From positions 49,906-113,905 of the IMG/VR virus record IMGVR_UViG_3300013093_000001: DNA of 64,000 nucleotides; one strand, given 5' to 3'. This document shows positions 57,049-64,000 of this stretch, one piece after another. Origin of the DNA: a virus. The notes below the pieces were generated by a model, which ran no database searches, was not told where the DNA came from, and saw only the letters and a list, made by a program, of their open reading frames with translations. The first letter of the stretch is position 1. Each line of letters begins with the position of its first letter. A program made the position numbers and the translations under genes.

Positions 57049-57387
57049 TTAGCTGTACCGCGTGTTGATGTAGAGCAGTTTAGACGTTTTATAGACCTCA
57101 GACTTTGAGGTTGTTATCTGACACTCTACGACTGCTTGCGTCCCATCGACACCACCTGAGATCAGAACGAAAACCGTGTTGCCTTGAATTTGTTGCGCGA
57201 CGGCTGTTGCGTTGCTGTCCACAGTGACCGTGTAGGTAGAGATAGTGACTGGAGGATTATGATTTTGTGGTATCCACTGCGTCCAGTCGAAGGCATACCA
57301 GGCCACGTCTGTGGGGTCTTTATGCCACGGCAACTCTGGTGTCTGAGCGGTCAGGCCGCGTGCCCACAGTTGCTCAAACGTCGTCAC
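57049..57387 (-). CDS. putative fibre adaptor protein
   Basis: KDP.D...YAFDW..ISGG..G....V.CQITT. Confidence 0.7.
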   Translation of the reverse strand: MTTFEQLWARGLTAQTPELPWHKDPTDVAWYAFDWTQWIPQNHNPPVTISTYTVTVDSNATAVAQQIQGNTVFVLISGGVDGTQAVVECQITTSKSEVYKTSKLLYINTRYS

Positions 57388-57642
57388 TGTTACATCATGT
57401 CACGGTGGCGGGTCATAATGCGGTAGACTCGACTATTGTTTTACGCGGTCGGCGTGTCCATTTAAGCGATATACGACAATCATTTGCTATTCTGCCTCCA
57501 GATACACGATTCCGGAGTAGCTATCCTTGGATCAAGTATCCACGCGCTTCCGGCGGTCGCCTTGGTACGTCCCGGCACATGCCTTGGAGTGGGAGAGTTT
57601 CAGAACAATTAACCCATTGGCACAAGGACGGGATCAAAACGC

Positions 57643-59085
57643 ATGAGTGACATTGAAGGCAGGGGTCTTGTCGCCGCTGGCGGCATGGAGGACTTCCTGG
57701 CAACCCTCATCAAGCGGCGCGGCTCGGTACAGGAAGAGCGTGCGCGCGCTCAGCAAAAGGGCGAGGCCGTCCTGCTGCTGGCTAAGGAGCAGGGCCGCGA
57801 GAAGCTGGAACCGCAGGAGGACAGCGAGTTCCGCAAGTACATGGACGAGATGAAGAATCTCGGTGCAGAACTGGTCGGCTTGGACGACCGCATCGAGGAG
57901 ATTCGCTCAGAGGTCGAGCGCAGCGGTCAGCTGAACGCTAACCTGTCGCGCATCCGTAAGGCAGAGGGCACGATCACGCGGGTGCGTGAGCAGGCCATCT
58001 ACCAGAAGGGTGACCCGCGTCGGTCCTACATGCAGGACTTGGTAAAGACCACGCTCGGCGTGGACGACACTGGGGAGTGCCGGGACCGTCTGATGCGGCA
58101 CGCGCAGGACGTGTCCACGCTGCCGGAGTACACGGAGTACCGCGACATCAACCGCACTGACGGTTCCGGTGGGTACGCCGTCCCGCCTGCGTGGCTGATG
58201 AACCAGTACGTCGAGTTGGCGCGTCCCGGTCGGGCATTCGCTAACCTCTGCCAGCGGCAGCCGCTGCCTGGTGGTACGGACTCCATCAACATCCCCAAGC
58301 TGTTGACGGGTACCACGGTCGGCGTCCAAACCACCGACAACAGTGAGGTTTCGGACACGGACCTGACAGACACCTACATCAACGCGCCTGTCCGCACCAT
58401 CAGCGGCCAGCAGGGTGTGTCGATCCAGTTGATCGACCAGTCGCCCATCGCGTTCGATGACGTGGTGTTCCGTGACCTCGTCGCCGCTCACGCTGCGGCC
58501 ACCGACAAGCAGGTCTTGGACGGTACCGGCTCTGCCGGTCAGGTGACGGGTGTGGACTACACCGCTGGGATTGGGACGGTCGCGGTCAGCGCGGTCACCA
58601 TCCAGGGTGTGTACTCCGCAATCGCCAACGCCATTCAGCGAGTGCATTCGACGCGGTTCCTCCCGCCCGAGGTCATCGTGATGCACCCGCGTCGGTGGGG
58701 CTGGTTCCTGTCGCTGCTGGACACGCAGGACCGTCCGCTGTTCCTGCCGAGCGCCAACGCGCCGATGAACGTCGCTGGCGTTCTGTCGGACGTGGCCTCC
58801 CAGCAGGTTGTTGGGCAGATGCACGGCCTGCCGGTCGTCACCGACCCCAACATCACCACCAGTGCCGGTTCGGAAACCCCGACCGGTACGGAGGACACCA
58901 TCTACGTCCTCCGCGCCAGCGACCTCATCCTGTGGGAGTCGGGCATCCGTGCCCGCGTTCTGCCGGAAACCAAGGCGCTGAACTTGACGGTGCTGCTGCA
59001 AATCTACAACTACCTGGCCTTCACCGCAGCCCGGTACCCGCAGTCCATCGTCGCGATCACCGGCTTGACCCCGCCGACCTTCTGA
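57643..59085 (+). CDS. major capsid protein (HK97 fold, N-terminal delta domain)
   Basis: coiled N-terminus, GGYAVPP, DKQVLDGTG, VMHPRRW, GLPVVTD; strongest codon bias. Confidence 0.92.
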   Translation: MSDIEGRGLVAAGGMEDFLATLIKRRGSVQEERARAQQKGEAVLLLAKEQGREKLEPQEDSEFRKYMDEMKNLGAELVGLDDRIEEIRSEVERSGQLNANLSRIRKAEGTITRVREQAIYQKGDPRRSYMQDLVKTTLGVDDTGECRDRLMRHAQDVSTLPEYTEYRDINRTDGSGGYAVPPAWLMNQYVELARPGRAFANLCQRQPLPGGTDSINIPKLLTGTTVGVQTTDNSEVSDTDLTDTYINAPVRTISGQQGVSIQLIDQSPIAFDDVVFRDLVAAHAAATDKQVLDGTGSAGQVTGVDYTAGIGTVAVSAVTIQGVYSAIANAIQRVHSTRFLPPEVIVMHPRRWGWFLSLLDTQDRPLFLPSANAPMNVAGVLSDVASQQVVGQMHGLPVVTDPNITTSAGSETPTGTEDTIYVLRASDLILWESGIRARVLPETKALNLTVLLQIYNYLAFTAARYPQSIVAITGLTPPTF

Positions 59086-59101
59086 TCGAAGTTCGCGGGT
59101 A

Positions 59102-59150
59102 AGGCGGGTGGTACACCCTCACAAGGGGTGTGCCACCCGCCTCATTTTTT
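59102..59150 (+). terminator. intrinsic terminator after capsid gene
   Basis: 17-bp stem followed by T6. Confidence 0.8.
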
Positions 59151-60299
59151 GGTTCGCCTGACCGTGTTTACCCCGGTTTGTCCCAGTCGTTCCACATGCG
59201 TCCAGTACGGTGCTATAAAAATCCATTCGCGGTGTCTGCCGTCGCAGGGGCATGTGCCGCGCATCAGTTGGCATGGTATGGCGTTGCGTGGTCCATACCA
59301 CTGCATCCTAAAGTGGCATTTACGGTGCTGCGGGTCTTGCTGGTGGGATATGTCGCCTTGCTGGCTACCTTCACCTATGCGGGACTGCCGGTATCTGCTC
59401 AGCGCAGCGCCAATCGTCCACCCCACCCGGTACATACTCAAAGGTTTACGGGCAATGGTCTTGCTAAAACGCCTGGTGGCGCTGGCCGGTACACGCTCCG
59501 CGTCCAGGGTAGTGGAACACAGGTACAGCAGGCAGCCGACAATAATGCGGTAAACCTCCGCGATCCACGCTTCTTGTTCAACGCGCTGCGACTCAAAAGC
59601 AAAGTTGAAGCGTTTGACTTGCGCCGCTACGAGGTCTTTGAGGTTTGAGGTACCAGTCAGCGGTATTGAGAAGCTGGCGCATTCACCGTCAACCCGTTTC
59701 CCGGTGGGGTCCAAAACATCAAAAATAGCTGAGATGCCGAGGGTATTGGCTTCCGGGTCATGTGTGGTCAACGTGTCGGTGGCAATCCTGTCTAACCATT
59801 GGCTAACGTCGGAGTCTTTCGGTGGGTTAAGTTGCTCCTGGGGTGTCAACCAGCGGGTATCCCCGTTTGGGGTCCGTATAAAACACGGTGTCCGTGAGCC
59901 GTGAACGAAAAACCCGACGAATTGCATCGACGCCTCTTGGTACTTAGCCATTGCTATGGGCTCCGCGCCTGCTCGCCAGCTTTTTATTTTGACGGGTTCA
60001 GCGAACACCACCATCGGGTTTTGGTACGGTATCGCAAAAAATATGCCAAGGTCGAATGTGGACGACGACGCCTTCGACACCTCAGCGACCAGTCCGGGGT
60101 GCATAGCCACCGTTTGTCGGCCAACGGATCGCCACAGCTTAGCTATCCTGGTGTTTCTCACAATGTTGTGCTGCCATGTGGCCGGTAATGCGTCTGTCAA
60201 CCTGCTGCCGCTCGCCATCTCGGCAGCCATTTTGGCGTCACCTTCACAAAACCGCAGCAACTGCTCTGCTGCGCGGATGGAATTGTCTGTGGCTACCAT
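59142..60299 (-). CDS. hypothetical protein with C-terminal HRxxHFR motif
   Basis: PQHRKCHFRMQWYG..IFIAPYW. Confidence 0.75.
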   Translation of the reverse strand: MVATDNSIRAAEQLLRFCEGDAKMAAEMASGSRLTDALPATWQHNIVRNTRIAKLWRSVGRQTVAMHPGLVAEVSKASSSTFDLGIFFAIPYQNPMVVFAEPVKIKSWRAGAEPIAMAKYQEASMQFVGFFVHGSRTPCFIRTPNGDTRWLTPQEQLNPPKDSDVSQWLDRIATDTLTTHDPEANTLGISAIFDVLDPTGKRVDGECASFSIPLTGTSNLKDLVAAQVKRFNFAFESQRVEQEAWIAEVYRIIVGCLLYLCSTTLDAERVPASATRRFSKTIARKPLSMYRVGWTIGAALSRYRQSRIGEGSQQGDISHQQDPQHRKCHFRMQWYGPRNAIPCQLMRGTCPCDGRHREWIFIAPYWTHVERLGQTGVNTVRRTKK

Positions 60300-60613
60300 A
60301 TGACGACCTCTGCGTTGTCACCGCCGTAGCATCGGGTCGCCACCAGTGTTTCACCGTCAATAAAGTGGGCTGGGAAGCGGCCAACACAGTCCATGACATA
60401 ACGCTCACCCGTCACCGGGCTGTACGCCACGAATTCCTGGTTCATGCCGCTGGCGTAGTAGGCGCGACGGACATTCTCAGCAAAATGGCAACTGGTGTGA
60501 CCGCCGACTACCCCTTCATACCCGTCAGGGCACATGGTAAACAAATCGGCCTTCGCTGGTGCTGCCGTGACAACGGCAGTCGCTAACATTCCCGCCAACA
60601 AAGCTAACCTCAT
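60293..60613 (-). CDS. small secreted Cys-containing protein
   Basis: signal peptide; TSCHFAENV..YSPVTG..Y.M.C..C.GG. Confidence 0.75.
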   Translation of the reverse strand: MRLALLAGMLATAVVTAAPAKADLFTMCPDGYEGVVGGHTSCHFAENVRRAYYASGMNQEFVAYSPVTGERYVMDCVGRFPAHFIDGETLVATRCYGGDNAEVVIW

Positions 60614-60777
60614 TGCGACTTCCTTCTCCTTTCCTCTAATACCAACCGGATAGCTAATTCTGTTGCTTCTTCGCTGCGTTCGGGGTCCAGGGCACGCAGG
60701 ACGCTGCCTAGTATCTGTCTTATCTCTTCGCTGGTCAGCTCTTCGATTTCCTGGTCGTCGTCACTCTCGTACAACAT
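60610..60777 (-). CDS. small hypothetical protein
   Basis: coupled ORF. Confidence 0.55.
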   Translation of the reverse strand: MLYESDDDQEIEELTSEEIRQILGSVLRALDPERSEEATELAIRLVLEERRRKSQ

Positions 60778-61672
60778 CTTGTGGTCCCTTGTCTGTGCGT
60801 AGGCCACGCCAACTCGGGTGGCGTAGCGTTGCTTCCTTAGTCCATTCCATAAACCGGACCTCACCAACCGTCACCGGCTCCACAAACGTCATACCCTTAC
60901 CGACCCGCAATGTGTTCCCAAACGGGTTGGTGGCGGTTGCCAAGGGTGCATACAGGCTGTGTAGCGCGTCTAAATCATTGCCCGTAAACCCTGTACCCAC
61001 CTTGCCAACATAGGTCAGTCCACCGCCATTCGGTATACCCATCAGTAGGCTGCCGATGCCGCCACTGCGGTGGCCTTTACCCTCCAACCAGCCGCCAATG
61101 ACAACTTCCTGCGTACACCAATTCTTTGTCTTAACCCATAGGGGTGAGCGCTGTCCCGGCTTGTAGGTGCTGTCCCAGCGTTTGCAGACCACACCCTCCC
61201 ACTGCTGCTGCTGCGCGTACTCCAACGCCTGACCGCCGTGGTCTACATCAATTAAACCTGGGACTGTAATGGGCAGGGTTTGCGCCAGTAACTCCAAAAG
61301 TTTGCGCCGTTCCCGGTACGCGACATGCAGCAACGGGCGGCCATCAAGTTCCAGCAGGTCAAAGGCCCACAGTTGGACTTCGCCGCGCCTGTGGTTCTGC
61401 ATGGCGTTAAAGTCTGGTTGTCCATTCTTGCCAATAACCACCGCTTCACCGTCAATGGTCATCTGCTTAAACGCGCCGTTCTGGTTGACCAACTGCCGCA
61501 ACTGCGGGTAGTCGGCGGTCACGTCCCTGCCGCTGCGGGAGGTAATTCTGACGTTGCCGCCGTCAACCTCAACAATCACCCTGTAGCCGTCCCATTTACC
61601 CTCAAAAGCCCACTCGTCGGCCTTAAGGTTCGCCGCCTCACCACTCAACGCCAGCATGGGTTTGACAATCAT
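60761..61672 (-). CDS. ATP-dependent DNA ligase (LigD ligase-domain-like)
   Basis: EGKWDGYR, IDGEAV, AFDLL, EGVVCK, WVKTK, YVGKVGTGF, LRHPSWRGLR.DK. Confidence 0.95.
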   Translation of the reverse strand: MIVKPMLALSGEAANLKADEWAFEGKWDGYRVIVEVDGGNVRITSRSGRDVTADYPQLRQLVNQNGAFKQMTIDGEAVVIGKNGQPDFNAMQNHRRGEVQLWAFDLLELDGRPLLHVAYRERRKLLELLAQTLPITVPGLIDVDHGGQALEYAQQQQWEGVVCKRWDSTYKPGQRSPLWVKTKNWCTQEVVIGGWLEGKGHRSGGIGSLLMGIPNGGGLTYVGKVGTGFTGNDLDALHSLYAPLATATNPFGNTLRVGKGMTFVEPVTVGEVRFMEWTKEATLRHPSWRGLRTDKGPQDVVRE

Positions 61673-62004
61673 TGACGCTGCGCCCTCCACCGTGTCAAGG
61701 CCGCGTCAATGTCGCTAGCAACCTCCTGGTACGGCTTGTTCGGGTCGTGGTAAGCCTTTTTCCGGTCTTTGCGGTTGGGGTGGACCGTGGCCTCAGACCG
61801 CTGCTTGTGGTATTGCGACTCAGGCAGTCCATAATTCAGCGCATACGCCTGGTCTGTGGCTTGCCGCTCCGTTGCATGGGCTGTCACTACGTCTTTCTTG
61901 ACTTCGTCGTACACCAACCACGGTAAGTTGAGGACGTTCAGCAGAGGTACAAAGTCGGGCACGTCTGTCAATTTTACCGGTCGGTATCGCACAGGGTTGT
62001 CCAT
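61669..62004 (-). CDS. hypothetical protein
   Basis: ATGA overlap with ligase. Confidence 0.65.
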   Translation of the reverse strand: MDNPVRYRPVKLTDVPDFVPLLNVLNLPWLVYDEVKKDVVTAHATERQATDQAYALNYGLPESQYHKQRSEATVHPNRKDRKKAYHDPNKPYQEVASDIDAALTRWRAQRQ

Positions 62005-62064
62005 AAACTTATTGTAGTCGGGGGTCCGGCGACTCGGTACCCCGGTAAAAAATGGTTTCCACCA

Positions 62065-62583
62065 GTGCGCCGCGTGACTCTTACTGCGCTGATTGATACG
62101 CTGATGGCTATGGCAGGTCGCAAAGAAAAAAATTCTATCGTTGCGCGAGAAGGAGTCGGTGGCCGCATGTCGCCGCCACCGGAGGGTGACATTTTCGTGC
62201 GTAGTCCGTTGTTCGCTCGGGCAGAGGCGATTAGGGAGCAGGTTGCGCTCCTCAAAAGCCTTAAGCAGCCCGTTCCTCCGCATTTGCAGGCGTTGTTCAA
62301 TGCGCTGAAGGAGGAGCCTAAGGCGGCTGTCCAGGCGGTTGAGGAAACGACCGGTGTTGAGGTTGCAGAGGTGACGGTGGACAAGGGTGAACCGGCACCA
62401 GCTGACGTGGGAAGCAACAGCAACATCTTCACGCAGCCCACACCGGAACCGGAACCCACGCCGGAACCTGAGCCGGAACCCGAGCCGGAACCACAACCTG
62501 TAGCAGAGCCGGAACCAGTAGTGACAGAAGCTCCTAAGCCACACAAGACCACCAGGGCACAAAGAACCTACCAGGGGAGGTAA
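62065..62583 (+). CDS. hypothetical protein with PE-repeat linker
   Basis: PEPEPTPEPEPE; start may be about 40 bp later. Confidence 0.65.
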   Translation: MRRVTLTALIDTLMAMAGRKEKNSIVAREGVGGRMSPPPEGDIFVRSPLFARAEAIREQVALLKSLKQPVPPHLQALFNALKEEPKAAVQAVEETTGVEVAEVTVDKGEPAPADVGSNSNIFTQPTPEPEPTPEPEPEPEPEPQPVAEPEPVVTEAPKPHKTTRAQRTYQGR

Positions 62584-62584
62584 G

Positions 62585-63265
62585 GTGACGGAGCCAACCT
62601 GGACGGCAACTGATGAGGTCAATGCGCTAGCAAAGCAACCGCCAGCGGCAGATGACCAGTACCCAGGTTTGGCGACGAGCGCAGACCCCGACTGGCAGTC
62701 GTTCCTCTCAAGCGACCCCGACTGGTTCCTCCGCGCCGCAGGCCGAACCATCAGACGGTTCTGTGGTTGGCATATCTACCCCAACCTGCGGGTCACTGTG
62801 AGTGATGAGCGGGTCGGTTCGTGGGGCATCATCAGTCTGCCTAGCAGGTATGTGACAGGGGTGGACAACCTGTCCCTCAGCGTTGGCGACAACCAATACC
62901 AGCTCATCCCACCCGACAAGTATGTGTGGCATAAGGGTGGTTGGATGCAGTTGCGTGACATGGCCTCCTGGGACTACTTCACACCCGGCTACTACTACGG
63001 CAATGACCAATACTATTTACCAGCCGGTCAGTCCACCAACCAGGCGCAAATCACTTTTTGGCATGGTTATGCGACGGTACCGCCTGACGTCAAGGAAGTT
63101 TTGTTTGAGTTGACGCAGCAGGCCATGACGCAAGCCAGCGGTAACCTGAAAACCGCTGAGGTTGCTGGCGGCTTTAAGGTAGAGTTGTCGCAGAATTTCG
63201 GATTGACATTGAACCCAGAGCAGAAAAACCGGTTAGCGACGTACCGTATCGGCATGGTCAAGTAG
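62585..63265 (+). CDS. head-to-tail adaptor
   Basis: IRRFCGWHI.P, ISLP, ITFWHGY..VPPDV, LATYRI. Confidence 0.8.
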   Translation: MTEPTWTATDEVNALAKQPPAADDQYPGLATSADPDWQSFLSSDPDWFLRAAGRTIRRFCGWHIYPNLRVTVSDERVGSWGIISLPSRYVTGVDNLSLSVGDNQYQLIPPDKYVWHKGGWMQLRDMASWDYFTPGYYYGNDQYYLPAGQSTNQAQITFWHGYATVPPDVKEVLFELTQQAMTQASGNLKTAEVAGGFKVELSQNFGLTLNPEQKNRLATYRIGMVK

Positions 63266-63675
63266 TGGGGCTTTTCCCCGAACCTTACACTGTTGCCCAC
63301 ATCGCACGCAGCGAGGATGGGCCGGTGGACCCTGACACCGGCAACCCTATTCAATTGGCGCAGACGGCGGTCATTCGTAAAGTGCAGGCCATCTCACAGG
63401 TCGGACGTATTAGGGGTTCCAGCATCGACGTCATGTCGCCAGAGTTTATTCAGCGCGTCAGGACTGACCTGCACCTGACTGTCAGCGACCCGATGGTGTA
63501 CGGCAACATGGATCAGGTTTTGCTGTTCCCCAGCCTGGATTCAGAGGGTAATTACGTCGCGGGTACCGGCATCGCCTTCTGGGTTGACGGCCTGCCAATG
63601 GATCAGTCGCTTTCGCCGTGGCCTACTTTCTTCAAAGTATTCGGTGGTCTTATACGGGTTAGGAGGGCTGGGTAA
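63265..63675 (+). CDS. head-to-tail stopper
   Basis: synteny; DPDTGNP..FWVDG.P.. Confidence 0.65.
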   Translation: MGLFPEPYTVAHIARSEDGPVDPDTGNPIQLAQTAVIRKVQAISQVGRIRGSSIDVMSPEFIQRVRTDLHLTVSDPMVYGNMDQVLLFPSLDSEGNYVAGTGIAFWVDGLPMDQSLSPWPTFFKVFGGLIRVRRAG

Positions 63676-64000
63676 TGGCATTCATCCCAGAAATCGCTGA
63701 ATTTGCCGTAGAGGCTGGTGGCGCAGAAGCAGGTGCTGAAGGTATTGAAGCCGAAGGCTCAGCAGAAGCCTACGGAGGTGAGGAGGAAGGTCCAGAGGGC
63801 GAAGACGGTGAGGGTGATCACCCGTCACGCGCTAAATATCACTGTAGCCACACGACGACGCTGGGTATCAACCAGGAGGGTTGGCGACTGATCCTCCACC
63901 ACCCCATTGTTGTAGAAGCAATTAAGCAACGTGCTACAGGCATTGCGGAAGCGGCCAACGACATGTCAATTACGCGCAACGCGGAAGAAAAAGCGGACTA
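63675..64000 (+). CDS. neck/tail-completion protein, truncated by window edge
   Basis: open frame from ATG 63675 to end; synteny. Confidence 0.5.
   Translation, partial: MAFIPEIAEFAVEAGGAEAGAEGIEAEGSAEAYGGEEEGPEGEDGEGDHPSRAKYHCSHTTTLGINQEGWRLILHHPIVVEAIKQRATGIAEAANDMSITRNAEEKAD

Noticed and set aside
61669-62751. 360-aa minus-strand ORF
   Set aside because: Upstream two-thirds is antisense to 62065-62583; only 61669-62004 is retained

Overview
A GC-rich fragment of a large actinobacterial phage, most likely a mycobacteriophage, inferred from PPE, DUF732, Ku, an r1t-like holin and an HK97-type head module. Layout: end of the lysis/late region, with a PAS-only protein and a PPE protein (1-2953); a ~23-kb leftward array of ~55 small genes in which ~44 intergenic gaps carry the same two-hairpin + Shine-Dalgarno element, with structured non-coding RNAs interspersed (2950-25800); a repeat-rich divergent control/possible terminus region (25800-28260); glycosyltransferase, methylase and exonuclease genes (28300-39300); a Cas7/RAMP-like gene directly downstream of a ~620-bp GGY-NN pentamer array punctuated into ~12 units (39383-41330), the best candidate for an RNA-guided system; terminase, portal, protease, decoration-like paralogues, an inverted structural block and the major capsid gene (43567-59085); an ATP-dependent ligase insert and head-tail connector genes (59142-64000). 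All family calls come from motif recognition by eye; no database searches were run.
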